Shown in pieces: positions 47,301-62,300 of a stretch of DNA of 64,000 nt. The position numbers and the translations under genes are program-made. The notes beneath the pieces were generated by a model, which was given only the letters and a program-made list of their open reading frames with translations, ran no database searches and had not been told where the DNA came from. The DNA is from Actinomycetes bacterium (GTDB taxonomy: Bacteria; Actinomycetota; CALGFH01). The stretch covers positions 7,802-71,801 of the forward strand of contig DATFRI010000055.1 in the NCBI GenBank assembly GCA_035263405.1, given 5' to 3'. Numbering within the stretch: position 1 is the first letter of the stretch; each line of letters begins with the position of its first letter.

Positions 47301-50300
47301 CCGGGCCGGAGGTGGCGCTGCTGTTCGGCCTCGGCACCGCCGGCCAGGGGCTCGGGCAGGCGCTCGCCAAGCCGCTGGACGCCGGGGAGTTCGCCGAGAC
47401 GGTCCGCCGCGGCCACTTCGACCAGGTGCTGCTGCGGCCGGTCGGGCCGCTGCCGTGGCTGCTCGCCAGCGCCCTCGACCTGCGCTACCTCGGCAGGGTG
47501 CTGACCGGCCTGGCGGTCCTGGCGTGGGCGGCCGGCCGCGCGGGCGTGGCCTGGACCGGCCCGCATCTCGCCCTGGCGGCGCTCTCGATCACCTGCTGCG
47601 CGGCGATCCTCGCGTCGGTGTTCGTGCTCGGCGCGGCGCTGACGCTGCGCACGGTCGAGGGCACCGAGCTGCTCAACGTGGTCACCTTCGGCGGGGTGTT
47701 CCTGACCAGCTTCCCGATGGAGATCTACGGGCCGGTGCTGCGGTTCGTGTTCACCTGGGTGCTGCCGTTCGCGCTGGCGGTGTACGTGCCGGCCCTGGCG
47801 CTGCTCGGCCGCGCCGGCACGGCCGGGCCGCCGCGCGCGCTGCTGCTCGCGCCGGTCGCCACGGTCGCGCTCGCCGCCGCGGCCGGGCTCGGCTGGCGGG
47901 CCGGGGTCCGCCGCTACCTGGGGACGGGGTCGTGACCGCCGCGGCCGTGGTCGACGCCGAGGGGCTCACCAAGCGCTTCCGCCGGGGCGGCCGGCGCGAC
48001 CGGCGCGCCGAGGTGACCGCGGTCGACGGGATCAGCTTCCAGGTCCGCGCGGGCGAGTTCATCGGCTACGCGGGGCCGAACGGGGCGGGCAAGTCGACCA
48101 CCGTGAAGATGATGACCGGGATCCTGCTCCCGACCGCCGGGCGGATCACGGTCGACGGGCTGGTCCCGGTCCGCCAGCGCCGGCAGCTCGCGCGCCGCAT
48201 GGGCGTGGTGTTCGGCCAGCGCACCGCGCTCCTGTGGGACCTCCCGCTGGGCGACTCGTTCGACCTCGTCGGCCGGCTGTACGCGATCCCGGCGGCGGAG
48301 CGGCGCGCCCGGCAGCGCCGGCTCGCCGAGCTGCTGGAGCTGGGCCCGCTGCTGGCCAGGCCGGTGCGGACGCTGTCGCTCGGCCAGCGGATGCGGGCCG
48401 AGCTTGCCGCCGCGGTCCTGCCCCGGCCGAGGCTGCTGTTCCTGGACGAGCCGACGATCGGCCTGGACGTCGTCGCCAAGGGCGCGGTGCGCGCCTTCCT
48501 GCGGGAGCTGAACGCCACCGAGGGCACCACGGTGATCCTGACCACCCACGACCTGGACGACATCGCGCGGCTGTGCTCGCGGCTGATGATCATCGACACG
48601 GGCCGGCTCATCTACGACGGCACCGTCGAGGGGCTGCTGGCCACCTTCGGGACGACCCGCGTGCTCGTCGCCGACCTCGCCGGCGACGACCGGCCGGAGC
48701 TGCGGCGGGCGCGGCTGGTGCGCGCGCAGGGGCGTCGCTGCTGGCTGGCCTTCGACCGTGAGCACGTCAGCGCCCCGGAGGTGATCGCGGAGCTGCTCGC
48801 GCGGCACGAGGTGCGCGACCTCGCCCTGGAGGAGCCCGGCATCGAGGACGTGGTGCGGCGGATCTACCGTGGCGAGGTCGCCCCCCGGCCGGGCCGGGCG
48901 GGTGCGGCCGGCGGCTGATGTGGTAGGAGGTAGGGTCCAGCTGGGTGTCGCCGAAGGTCGCCGAAAGGGGGTGTCCCGTGCAGCAGCCGGCCGGCGCCCG
49001 CACGGCCGCCGCGCCCGCCCGGGCGTTCCGGACCGTCCTGGTCGCCAACCGCGGCGAGATCGCCGTGCGGGTGCTCGGCGCCTGCCGCCGGGCCGGCCTG
49101 ACCGGCGTGGCCGTCTTCTCCGAGCCCGACGCGGGCGCGCTGCACGTGCGGTTCGCCGACCGCGCGGTGCCGCTCGGCGGCGAGACCGCCGCCGAGTCGT
49201 ACGCGAACGTCGACGCGCTGCTCGCCGCGGCGCGGCGCGCGGGCGCCGACGCCGTGCATCCCGGCTACGGCCTGCTGAGCGAGCACGCCGGGTTCGCCGA
49301 CGCCGTCGCCCGCGCCGGGCTGGTGTGGATCGGCCCGCCCGCGGACGCGATCGCGCTGATGGGCGACAAGCTGGCCGCGCGCCGCACGGTGCTGGCCGCC
49401 GGGGTGGAGCCGGTGCCGGGCACCGACGGCCCGGTCGACGACCCCGCGGAGCTGGTCGCGTTCGCGGCCGCCCACGGCTGGCCGCTCGCGGTCAAGGCGG
49501 TCGCCGGCGGCGGCGGCCGCGGGATCCGCGTGGTGGACCGCCCCGAGGCGGCGGCCGAGGCGCTCGCGGCGGCCTCGCGCGAGGCGCGCGCCGCGTTCGG
49601 CGACGGCCGCTGCTACGCGGAGCGGTTCTTCGCGCGCCCGCGCCACGTCGAGGTCCAGGTGCTCGCCGACGGCGCCGGCGCGGTCGTCCAGCTCGGCGTG
49701 CGCGACTGCTCGGTCCAGCGCCGCCACCAGAAGCTGGTCGAGGAGACCCCGCCGCCCGGGCTGCCCGCGGCGGTCCGCGACCGGCTCACCGGCGCGGCGG
49801 TCGCGGTCGCCAAGGCGGTCGGGTACGTGAGCGCGGGCACCGTCGAGTTCCTCTGGGACCCCGCCGGCGACGGCGTCTACTTCCTGGAGATGAACACCCG
49901 CCTCCAGGTCGAGCACCCGGTCACCGAGGCCGTCACCGGCGTCGACCTGGTGGACGCGCAGCTGCGCGTGGCGGCGGGCGTGCCGCTCGGGTTCGGCCAG
50001 GAGGACGTGCGCGCGGCCGGCCACGCGATCGAGTGCCGGGTGAACGCCGAGGACCCGGCGCGCGGCTTCCTGCCCACGCCCGGGCGCATCCGCCGGCTGC
50101 GCTGGCCGGGCGGGCCGGCGGTGCGCGTGGACGCCGGCTACGAGGCCGGCGACGCCGTGACCCCCTTCTACGACGACCTGCTCGGCAAGGTCGTCGTCTG
50201 GGGCGCCGACCGCGAGCAGGCACGCGCGCGGATGCTCGCCGCCCTGGCCGCGACCGAGGTCGAGGGCGTCGCGACCACGCTGCCGGCGCTGGTCCGGATC

Positions 50301-53300
50301 CTGGAGCACCCCCGCTTCCAGGCGGCGGGCCACTGGACCACGTGGCTGGAGGAGGCCGTCGACTTCGGCGACCTGGCGCCCGCAGGCGGCACCGGGCGGG
50401 CGGACCCGCCGGACCTCACGATCACCGCGGGGGGTCGCGACTGGCCCGTGCGCCTGTACCGCCACCGGCCCTCGGCGGCGGCCGCGGGCGAATCGGGCTC
50501 GGTCGCCGCGCCGCTCACCGGGACGGTGGCCAGGGTCGAGGTCGGCCCGGGGCAGCGGGTGGCGGCGGGCCAGCTCCTCGCGGTCGTCGAGGCGATGAAG
50601 ATGGAGACGCCGCTGCGCGCCCCGTCGGCCGGGACGGTCGCCGAGGTCCGCGCCGCCCGCGGGGACACCGTGGCGGCCGGCCAGGTGATCGTGGTGATCG
50701 AGCGGGCCTGACGGGCCCGGCCGGGACGGCGGGGCGGTCCGGCCGCAGTGAAGGTGTCCGCGATGCCCTCTTCGGGGGCGTCCACCCGTGGTCAGAAGGC
50801 ATCGCGGACACCTTCAGTCAGGCGTCGGGCAGTCAGGCGTCGGGCAGTCAGGCGTCGGGCCAGGCCGGGTCGCGCCGCTCGTTCCAGGCGGCGATCCCCT
50901 CGCGGCGGTCGTCGCTCAGGACGGCCCGGCGCCAGGCCTGGTCCTCCAGCTCCAGACCGGCCTCGAGCGCGAGGTCCCCGCCGACGTCGATCGCCCACTT
51001 CGCCAGCCGCACCGCGGTCGGCGCGTTCGCGGCGATCTCGGCCGCGAGCCCGGTGGCGGCGGCGTGGACCTGCGCGCGGGGGACCACGCGGTCGACCAGC
51101 CCCAGCCGCTCGGCCCCGGCGGCGTCCACGGAGCGGCCGGTGAGGACGAGGTCCTTGGCGGCCGCGCGCCCGACCCGCCGCACGAGCAGCTGCGTGCCAC
51201 CGCCGGCCGGGACCAGCCCGAGGCGGACCTCCGGCAGGCCGATCCGCGTGTCCTCGGCGGCGACCACCAGGTCGCACGCGAGCGCCAGCTCGGCGCCGCC
51301 GCCGAGCGCGTGGCCGAACACCGCCGCGACCGTCGGCAGCGGGCAGCGGCGCAGCGCTGCGAACGCGCGGCGGAACACCTCTCGCTGGACGAACCAGTCG
51401 TGATCGGCGAAGCCGTGCCGCTCCTTCAGGTCGGCGCCGACGCAGAACGCGCGGTCGCCGGCGCCGGTCAGCACCACCGCGCGCACCTCCGGCCGCGTGC
51501 CCAGCGGCTCCAGCGCCACCGCCAGCGCCCGGGCGAGCGCGGTCGAGATCGCGTTGAGCGCCTCCGGCCGGTCCAGCGTGACGACCATCACCTGCCCGTC
51601 CAGCGCCGATCGCACGGGCGGGGGGTTCGCTTCGGGGCCGGTCACCCGCCGCCGCCCCCCGCCTCGGCCTGCCGGCCGTCGAGCAGGCTGTCGCAGAGGA
51701 TCACGACCACCTCGCCTCCCGAGCCGTTCCGCGGACACCGGAGGCGACATCGTAACCAGGTGCGTGGCAAGGTTGTCCCCCCCCGTGGAGGCGCGGGATC
51801 GGGTTCCGAATGCTCACCCGGGAGGTGGCGTGCGGAGGGCCGCAGGCGACGGGTTCGAGATGCGGGGACTGCGCGCGCGCTTCGGCTGGCTGCCACACGC
51901 CGGGTGGCTGCTCCCGTACGCGACCATCGTGATCGTCGTGGTCCTCGACGTGCGCCTCAGCCAGCCGGTCACGCTCGTGCCCTTCCTGGTGCTCGCGCCG
52001 GTCCTCGCCAGCCGCCTGCTGGGCCGCGCGCACGTCGCGGCGAGCGGGCTCGCCGCCCTGCTCGCCGGGTTCCTGCTGGGCGTGCTGCACGACGTCGCCA
52101 CCGAGAGCCAGCAGCTGGTGCGCCTGGTGCTGGTCGCGCTCGGGACGCTGTTCGGGCTGGTCACCCAGGGGGCGTGGGCGCGCGAGCGGTCGGCGCTCCA
52201 GCGTGCCGGCAGCACCATCTCGCTGGCCAGCTCCCTGCTCGCCGGGGTCGAGCCGGAGGAGGCGTACGCGCTGCTCGCGCGCTCGGCGAGGGCGCTGTTC
52301 GAGGCCGACGTGGCCGCCGTGTACCGGCAGGACGGCGAGCGCATGACCCTGTGGCGCGACGACCGCAGCCTCGCGGTCCCGCCGATGCCCGGCCGCCTCG
52401 GGCCCGCGGCGTTCCCGGCCGCCCACGGCACGCAGCCGGCGTTCGTGCGCGCCAGGGACCGGGACGCGCCGGAGTCCACCATGCTCGACGCCCGGGGGCT
52501 GGCCTGCATGCTGTGGCTGCCGCTGCCCGGGGAGCAGGGCACGGTCGGCGCGCTCGCGCTCGCCTGGCGGCGCGTGCCGCGGCTCACGGCCCAGGACCTC
52601 GAGGCGTCGGCCCGGTTCGCCAGGCTGGGCGCCCGCGCGATCATCGGCTCCGAGCGCGCCCGGACGCAGGCGGAGGTGCTCCAGCGGATGGTGGACCTGG
52701 TGCTGACCGAGCCGCCCGCCTGGGCCCGCGGCTACCGGATCCGGGTCCGGTACGAGTCCGCGAGCACGCTGGCGCGCATCGGCGGGGACTTCTACGACGT
52801 CGTGGAGGTCGGCGACGACGCGCTCGCGTTCATCGTCGCCGACGCGCGCGGCAAGGGGCTCGAGGCCAGCTCGGCCGCTGCCGTGCTCAAGGGCGCGTTC
52901 CGCAGCCTGGCGGGGGAGGGGACGAGCGCGGAGCGGATCCTCGCGCGGCTGGACCAGCTGGTCGCCCGCGAGGGCGGCGTCGAGGACTTCATCACGGCGC
53001 TGGTCGGCCGGGTCGAGGTCGACGGGCGCGTGACCATCGCCTCGGCCGGCCACCCGCTGCCGCTCGGCGTCGCGCCCCAGGTGCCGCGCATCGGGGCGCC
53101 GCTCGGGCTGGGCGACGGCGCCCCCGAGGGCCACGGCCGGCTGCGGCCGGGGGACCGGCTGGTGTGCTTCACCGACGGGCTGGTCGAGGCGCGCGACGCG
53201 GCGGGACGGTTCATCGACCAGCGCCTGCTGGAGGGCCTGCTGGCCGAGCGGGAGCTGGACGGCGTGCTCGACGAGCTGGTCGCCGCCGTCAAGCGGCACG

Positions 53301-56300
53301 CGCACGGGGAGCTGGGCGACGACCTCGCGCTGCTGGGTCTCGAGTACGACCCGGACGGCCCGCCGGGCACGCGGCCCGGTTGATCGGGCACGCGACGCGG
53401 TCGACCGCGATTGCGAGCCCGCCCACGCGGTGACCGCCGCCGGAAAACAGCGGACCCGCCTTGTTTCGAATGGCGGAACACCGGACGTCGCAGGCGGAGG
53501 TTCTGAACGCGCGGGGGCGAACGCGTGGACGCGGCGACGGCCCGCAGGAGCGTTCAGCGGAGACCGCCGAACGCTCCAGGCAACGGTGCGTGTTTGTGAG
53601 ATCCCCCGAAGCGGTGCCGACCCAAAGCGGATCCGGCACCGATCCGGGTCGCGCAAGTCACGTGCAAAGCTCCGGACGGCGGATAACCAGGCGGCAACGA
53701 GCCGCCGCCCGCGCGGATCTAGAGCCCGTAGCGCTCGCGCATCGTCTGGTCGGCGGGGTCGATCTCGCGCTGACCGGCGTCGCGCAGGCGCTTGTTCACC
53801 GCGTCGAGGTTGTTCCGGACGATCTCCTTCTCGGCCTCGGTGATCCGCCCGCGATGCGGCTCGCCGGCGTGCTCGAGGGTGGCGTAGTCGACCCGCGCCC
53901 GCGACCGGCGCCTGCCGCTCGGACCCGTCTGCCTGCGGCTCTGGTGCTTGCTGATGAGGGCATCCTGAATCGCCGAGTCGAGGCGTCCCGGCTCGCTCAG
54001 CAGGTTGAAGTCGTCCAGCCCGATCGTCAGGCGTTCGCCCCGCCTGGTACCGGGCGGAATCCACTCGACGCTCACAAATCGTGCCGAGCCCTTCATCGCC
54101 TCGACCTCGTCGGGCAGCACCTCGAGCGTGACGGGCAGGTCGGCATAGTCGGGGTGCTCGTGGACGATCAGCTGGCCGAGTGATTCCTTCTCGGCCTCTT
54201 TCCCGGAGATGTCGGAGACGTGCACGACCTTGACGGCCATCAGGGCGGGTCCCTCCTTCGGCAGGGTGGCAAACCAGGGCCGGGGTCCAGTTGTTCGTCG
54301 CAAGGTAATCGAATGTCGTGCGTCAAGCAACAATCAGTGTGGGGCGATGCCCAATCGAAACCATGACGGGGCAGCTTCGGGCCCCGAGCGAACAAAAACT
54401 CCCGAGGCGCTCGATCATTCCACAGGCGCGCCCGGAGACGAGGGCGAATAGAGTTTTGGGGGCATTCCCGGCCCGCCGGCGCGCGGGACGGGCGTCCCGC
54501 CCCACGCCGAAGCCGGCACCCGACCAGGAGCGTTCGCCAGTTGTCCAGCAACCAGCCCGTCCATTCCCCCCGCCGGGCCGCCCGCCTGCTCCCGGCCGCC
54601 GCGGTCGTGCTGGTCGCGGCCTGCTTCGCGCTCACGCTCGCGGCGCGGTGGCGGTCGGTGGCCGACGCCGCCTGGCGGGTCGACCCGGCCACCGCCGCGC
54701 TCGCCACGCTCGTCCTCGCGGCGTCGTTCGGGGTCGTCGCCGGGCTCTGGGCCGTGGCGCTGCGCTCGGCGGCCGGGCTGCCGCTGCGCAGGGGGATGCG
54801 GATCTGGTTCCTGGCCAACCTCGTCCGCTACGTGCCCGGGAACGTCTGGAGCTTCGTGGGCGCGGTCGAGCTGGGCCGCCGGGACGGCGCGCCGCGCCGC
54901 GTCACCCTGGGGGTCATGGCGCTCACGCAGGTGCTCTCGGTGGGGACCGCGGTCCTCGTCGGCCTGCCGGTGCTGGTCGCCCAGGGCGCCCGGCTCGGCC
55001 GGTCGGCCCTGGGCGTGGGGATCGCGGTCGCCGCCGCCGCGGCGCTGCTGCTGGCCGCCAGGCGGCCGCTCCTGCGGCGGCTGCGCGCGCGCTACCCCGG
55101 GGTGCGCCTGGCCGACGTGATGCCCGGCCCCGCGCTGGCCGCGGGGCTCACGCTCGGGTACGTGCTCTACTGGCTGGTCGCGGGCGCGGCGTTCGGCGTG
55201 TTCGCCGCGAGCGTGTACCCGGCCGCCGGCCAGCACCTGGCGCTCGCGGTCGCCGGCTTCGCCGGCGCGTACGCCGCCGGCTTCCTGTCCCTGGTCACGC
55301 CCGGCGGGCTCGGGGTGCGCGAGGGGGTGCTCGTGATCGTGCTCAGCAGCGTGATGCCGGCCGCCGTCGCCGTCGTGGTCGCCGTGCTCGCCCGCGTCTG
55401 GATGATGGCCGCCGAGCTGGTCGGCGCCGCCGTCACGACCGCCCTCGCCGGCCGGTCCGGCCCCGCGTCGCCGCGCGACGCCGGCGCCGCCCCTGACCCT
55501 CGGGACGCCGGCTGACGGCCGCGAGGGCGTGCCGGCCGGCGGCGCCCAGGAAGGCTCCGGCAGGCGCTCCGCGGGCCGTCAGCTCACCGTGATGTGGGCG
55601 CGCGGGGTGGCGCCCTCGTCCAGGCCCGGGGCCTTGGCGACCATGCGCCAGTCGGCCGTCGCCGAGGGGCGGATGGCGATGCTGTAGGCCCCGGAGGAGT
55701 CGGCGGTCGCGGTGCGCGTGGTCGTCACCCAGCCCGTGCCGCTCACCCACTGCTGCAGCTTCAGGACGACGCCCCCGCCGTTCGGGGTCACCAGGCCGCT
55801 GAAGGTCACGGTGTAGCCCTTGCTGATCGTGGTGGCCGAGGCCGTGAGGGTCACCCGGGTCTGCACGCTCACGCGCACCACCGGGCTGGAGGCCGGCTTG
55901 GCCGTCGCGGTGCCCGCGTAGCGGAGCTGGTACTCGGTCGGCTGCCCGGGCCGCTGGCCGGCCAGGCTGACCGCGCCGCCTGCGTCGGTGCGCAGGTCGG
56001 CCAGGTGGTTCCAGGAGCTGGTGCCGGCGACGCGCGAGAGGGCCTCGACCGGCGCGTCCGCCATCGCCTTCCCGTCGCCGAGCAGCTTGCCGGACAGGGT
56101 GATCAGCGTGGTCGCCGAGCCCCACACCCGGCTGGCCGGGGTGGCCGTGAGGCTCAGCGAGGTGGCCGCGCGGTGCACCTGGTAGGTGGCGGTGAGCGGC
56201 CCGCCGGCGCCGGTCGCGGTCACGTTGTGGGTCGCCGCGCCCCCGTCCGACCAGCCGGCGAAGTCGTAGGCGGTCCCGCCGAGCGTCTGCGGCGAGGGCG

Positions 56301-59300
56301 CCGACACCGAGTGCTCGGAGTCGAGGATGACCGTGGAGGTGGCCGGGGTGGTGGCGTCGTGGCCGTCGACCACCACGCGCATGCCCGACGGCTCGCTGGC
56401 GATCTCGAGCTGGGCGGTGCGCGGCTGCAGGTCACGGGTGACCGTGCGCACCACGCCCTCGGCGTCGGTGGCGCTCAGCCGCAGCTCCAGGTACGAGGGG
56501 TAGTCGTGGTCCGGCGCGGTGAAGCTGCCGGACGAGACGCCCTCCCAGGTCTGGATGAGGTGCTCGTGGCAGGACCCCGGGCTGTCGCAGTGCTCCATCG
56601 CCAGCGCCCACGTCAGCCGGCTGGCCGGGATGGTGCCCTCGTCGGGGTCGGTGGCGCCGCCGGAGAACGCGACGCGCTCGCCGACGCTCCACCTGGTCCC
56701 CTCGGCGGGACCGCTGATCTGCGGCTCGGGCGGGCTGTCGCCGCTCAGCACGACCACCGTGTCGGTGGCCACCGCCCCCTGCGCGTCGCTCACCTGGACC
56801 TCGACGGGGTAGGTGCCGGCCGCCAGGGTCCGCTGGACCCGCACGCCGGTGGCGTCGTCGAACGCCCCGTCGGCGTCCAGGTCCCAGGCATAGGTGAGTG
56901 TGCCGCCCTCGGGGTCCCGCGAGGCGCCGGCGTCGAGCGTCACGTCCAGCGGCGCCGGCCCCATCTCCGGGGTGGCGGTCACGGCGGCGACCGGGGGCTG
57001 GTTGCCGGTGGGGTAGCTGATGCGGCGGATGGTGCCGCCGCTGACGTCGGCGTAGAACAGGTCGCCGTTCGGCCCGATCTCCAGGTCCACGGGACCGGCG
57101 GCCGCCGCGGCGAAGATGCTGATCTTGGAGGGGTCGGGCAGCCCGTTGGCGCCGCGCTTCAGCGCGTAGATGCACTTGCGCGAGTAGTCGGCGGCGAACA
57201 GCGCGCCGTCGTACTCGGCCGGGAAGCTGCCGCCCTGGTAGAACGCCAGCCCGGTGGTGGAGGAGCCGCCGCTGTCGCTGCAGGAGCCGGCCGTGACGGG
57301 GACCTTGTGCTTGTAGGTGAAGAAGGGCGGGGTGGTGCCGGACAGCGCCTTGCAGATGCCGGTGCCCGAGTAGCCCGACTGCGGCGCCGCGCCCTCCATG
57401 CAGGGCCAGCCGAAGTTGTCGATGGTCGTGTCGCGCGGGTTGACCAGCCGGTTGATCTCCTCCCAGGTGGCCCAGCCGACGTCGCCGACCCACAGCTCGT
57501 TGGTGCCGGGCCGCAGCGTCATGCGGAAGGGGTTGCGCAGCCCCTGGGCGACGATCCGGCGCGCGTTGCGGTCGCTGCTGGCGGCCAGCGGGTTGCCGGG
57601 CATGCCCGCGCCCGTCTCCGGGTCCACCCGCAGCACCGAGCCGTCGAGGGTCACAGGGTCGCCGCTGGTGCGCAGGTCCTGGCTGCGCAGCGCGCCGCCC
57701 TGGCCGCTGGGGTCGCCGCAGGGGTTGCCGTTCTGCCCGGTGTCGGCGAAGCCGAAGCTGGCGCCGTCGCCGCCGGTGACGTACAGCGCCCCGTCGGGGG
57801 CGAACTCGAGGTCGCCGGTGGTGTGGCTCGGGAACTGCTGGCACCAGTCCTCGATCAGCACGTCCTCGCCGCCGAGCATCCGGTTGCCGTCGGCGGTCAG
57901 GCGCGACAGGCGGGCGCTGATCACGCAGCCGTTCTTGGTGGCGCCGGGGGGGTCGGGGCAGACGTCGGAGTTGGCGCCGGCCGTGCCCCATCGCGGCGCC
58001 GTGCCGCCGATCACCGCGTCGTGCGCGTACAGGACGTAGACGTAGGGCCGCGCCGGGAACGCGGGGTCCAGCGCGAGCCCCAGCATGCCGCGGTCCCAGT
58101 AGTTGTGGACCTGGGTGCGCAGGTCGGCGAAGACGTCCGCCGTCGTGTCGGTGAGCGAGTCGAAGACCTTGACGACGCCGCGCTTCTCGGCGACGAACAC
58201 GCGCCCGTCGGAGGCGAAGGCGATCGCGGTCGGCTGCGTCAACCCGGACCAGACGATGGTCTCCCGGAAACCGGGCGCCAATGTCGCCGCGCGGCTCGAC
58301 GACGTCCGCAACGTCGCGACGAGGACGTTGATCGCCAGCGTTATGACCAGGACGATCACTACGATCCTGAAAAAACTGACAGGAAGCGAGCGCAGGGCAC
58401 GGAGGACAGGCCGCACAGAAGACCCTCGGTTCATTGGCCGGTGAGGCGCCTCGAACGGGCGCCAGCAAGTTCAGGAGCGGATTATCCTGTGCGCGCAGGC
58501 CGTGAGGACTCCGTAATTCGCCTGAGGAACGGCCGGAATTCTCTCGGTAGAAACAACTACCAAAATTCCTCGGAGCGGCTGCGACCAGCGTCGGGGCCTC
58601 TGCCGCCGGCCAGGTGCCCGCGCCGGCCCGGCGCGAGCCGGGCAGCCTGATCTGCGGGTTCAGGCCCGCTCCCGTCGCGGCCCCGGGCGGAGCGGGTCAG
58701 CCGGTCAGCTCCAGCAGCGCGAGCGGCCCGTCCTCGGCCACCAGGCGGAAGCGCCCGGAGGCGACCAGCGCGGCGACGGTCCCGCGCCAGGCGCCGGGGG
58801 GGAACGCACGCGGCTCGTCGATCACGACCACCTGGCGGGTCCCGGTCTGGCGCAGGACCGCGAGCGCGGCGGGATCGGCGAGGCCCCGGTTGAGCGGGTC
58901 CAGCCGCGCCAGGCGCTCGTCCAGCCACGGCGCCCAGGTCTGGTTGTAGGCGTTCAGCGTGCGCCGCCGCGACAGCGCGGCCAGGTAGGTGGTGGCCGAG
59001 TTCCAGGTGGTGGTCCTGCCGAGCGCCGGCAGCCCGAGCACCGGCCCGGCGCGGTCACCGGCGGACCGCAGCGCCGCCACGACCCGGTTGTCGCGGTAGC
59101 CGGGCGTGATCACGTTGCGGGTCACCCGGTAGTCCGCCAGCACCGCGACGGTCGCCAGCGCCAGCGCCGCCGCGGCCAGCCGCCGGGCGCGCCCGGCGCC
59201 CGCCGCCGCCCGCAGCGGCCCGGCGAGCCGGTCGCCGGCGGCGACCGCGAGCACGACCAGGACCAGCGCGGTCAGGACCATGAGCCGCTGCGGCACCCGC

Positions 59301-62300
59301 TGGAACGACAGGAACGGCAGGTGCTCGAACGCGAACCGGTAGGGGTCGAGCGGGCCGATCCGCGCCGTCGGCCCGAAGGTGAGCAGCACCAGCGGCGGCA
59401 GCAGAAGCGCGTACGGCAGGGCGCGGCCGCGGCGCGCGACCGTCACCACGGCGCCGGCGAGCGCGACCGCCAGCAGCAGCGCGCCCACGTACACCATGCC
59501 CTCGCCCGCCTCGCCCAGCTCCTTGCGGACCAGCGCGGCCAGGCTGCCCGGCGCGTACAGCACGACCTCCTGCCAGCGGCCGTTGCCGCCGCCGACCGTG
59601 CCGCGGAAGACCCGCGCGAACACGACCAGGACGTACCCGGTCGCGACGCCGACCACGGCGAGCGCGGCCGCCACCGGCCCCCACGGCGGCCGCCGCCGGG
59701 CGAGCAGCGCGCGCCCGACCTCGAAGGCGGCGAGGAACGTCAGCAGCCCGGCCAGGTACAGCGTCAGGTGGTACTCGCCGCTGAGCGCCACCGTGAGCGC
59801 CACCGCCGCCAGCGCCAGCGCCGGCCCGGCCCACCCCCGGCCCGCCCGGCCCGCCCGCTCCGGCGGGTCCGCCGGGTCCGGCGGGTCCGGCGGGTCCGGC
59901 GGGTCCGGCGGCGGGGGACCCTCCGCGCCGCCGGCCGCCCGCCGGTACCGGTCGACCATGACCTCGAAGGCCCAGCAGGCGGCCGGGAACGCCCACCACA
60001 TGACCGCGTTGAAGTGCGCCGAGAGCTGGAACGTCCGGTTGGGGCTCGCGGCGTAGACCAGCGCCCCGGCGGCGGCCAGCAGAGGCCAGCGGGTGTGCCG
60101 GCGCAGCAGCCCGAACGCGGCCAGCGCGGTCGCGACCGTGCTGAGCGCGAGCGTGGCGTTGTAGGCGGCCACCAGGCCGGCCAGCGGCCACAGCAGCCCC
60201 ACCACGACCGTCCACGGCAGGTTCAGCGAGGTGGTCCGCAGCGGCCGCGGCCCGGCCGCGCCCTCGCGCAGGTCGAGGTAGGGCTCGCGCAGCGCCCGGG
60301 CGTTGTCCACGATCACCGAGTCGATGAACACGTTCTGGAGCACGTCGCCGCTGGTGAACGCCCCCGGCCGGGTCGCGAAGTGCGGCTGGCCCGCGGTGGA
60401 GCGGTCGCCGGCCACGAACCACAGCCCGCCCGGGTGCAGCGCCAGCGGCCAGGACAGCAGCGCCCAGACGGCCGCCGCGGCCAGCGCCACCCCGAGCCAC
60501 CAGCCGAGCCGGCGGCGTCCCGGCGCGGACCCGGCCGCCCCGGCCGCGGCCCCGGCCTCCTCGACGACCGCGCCGGCGCGCGCGCCCCCGGTCACGCGCC
60601 CGCGCTCACGCCGGGCCGCCCGGCCCGTCCGGCCGGCGCCGGGCGGCGGCATCCAGCCGCTGCTCCAGGCGGGTCACCCGCTCGGCGACGTTCACCACCA
60701 GCTCGGCCAGGAACCCCACCAGCAGCACCAGCAGCCCGGCGAGCGCGACCACCCCGGCGAGGATCAGCAGCGGCCGGCGCTGGGTGTGGCTGGAGAACCA
60801 CAGCCAGCCGAGGTAGACGCCGAGCAGGCCGCTGGAGGCCAGCAGCGCCGCGCCGATCGCGCCGAAGAACAGCATCGGCTTGCGCTGGAACGCCAGCAGG
60901 AACTTCAAGGTGACGACGTCGGCCAGGGAGACCGGCAGGCGCGAGAAGCCGAACTTGGACCGGCCCGCCTGCCGCGGGGCGTAGCCGACCTTGACCTCTC
61001 CGATGCGCCAGCCCTCGTCCTTGGCCAGCACCAGGATGTAGCGGTGCCAGGAGGAGCGCAGCGCGAGCGCGTCGGTGACCTCGCGGCGGAACGCCTTGAT
61101 CCAGTTCATGTCGTGCACGTCCAGCCCGAACAGCAGCTTGCAGGCCCGGTTGGCCAGGCGGCTGGCGTGGCGCTTGCCGTCGCGCCGCCCCTGCCGCCAG
61201 CCGGACACCACGTCGTAGCCCTCGTCGAGCTTGGCGAGCAGCAGCGGGATGTCGGCCTGGGGGTCGGACTCGAGGTCGGCGGGGAGGAACACGATCACGT
61301 CGCCGCGCGCCTCGCGGAACCCGCGGTTGAGGGCCTCGGTGAGCCCGAGGTTGCGGCGCTGGCGGACCAGCCGCACCCGCGGCTCGGCCGCGGCGGCGGC
61401 GCGGACCTCCTCGACGGTCCGGTCGGTGGAGCCGTCGTCGACGTACACCAGCTCCCAGGGCCGCCCGATGGCCGCGAACGCCTTGGCGGTCCGCTCCACG
61501 AAGCGCGCGACGGTGCGCTCCTCGTCGTGCGCCGGGACCACCACCGAGACCAGGCCCTCCGGGACCGGGCCCTCCGGGTCCGGGCCCTCGGCCGCCGCGC
61601 CGGCCGCGACGGCGGCCGGGCGCGGGTCCGGGCCGCCCTGCCCGCCGGCCGCCCTGTCGCTCATCCGCCAGCTCCGAAGAAGTCGTGGACGGCCGCCGCC
61701 ACGCGGTCCTGCCGGGCCGGTGTCAGCTCCGGGTAGAGCGGGAGCGACAGGCACCGGGCGGCCCACGCCTCGGCGACCGGGAAGTCGCCCCGAGCGTACC
61801 CGAGATGCGCGAACGCGGGCTGCAGGTGCAGCGGGACGGGGTAGTGGACGCCGGTGGCGATCCCGCGGGCGCGCAGGTGCGCGGCGAGCGCGTCGCGCCG
61901 GGCGGTGCGGACCACGTACAGGTGCCAGGCCGGGCGGCGTCCCGCCGGCCGGGCCGGCAGGCGCAGGTCCCCGGCGCCCGCCAGCAGCCGGTCGTAGCGC
62001 CCGGCGAGCCGGGACCGCGCCGCGTTGGCGCCCTCCAGGCGGGCGAGGCGGACCAGCAGCACGGCGGCCTGCAGGGTGTCCAGGCGCTCGCCGTAGCCGA
62101 CCTCCGCGTGGTCGTGCTTTGCCGCGCGGCCGTGGTCGCGCAGGCGCGCCACCCGGTCGGCCAGGGCGGGGTCGTCGGTCACGACCGCCCCGGCGTCGCC
62201 GAGCGCCCCGAGGTTCTTGGCGGGGTAGAAGCTGAACGCGCCGAGCGCGCCCAGGCTGCCCGCGGGCCGCGGCGGCGTGCCCGCGCCGAGGGCGGCGGCG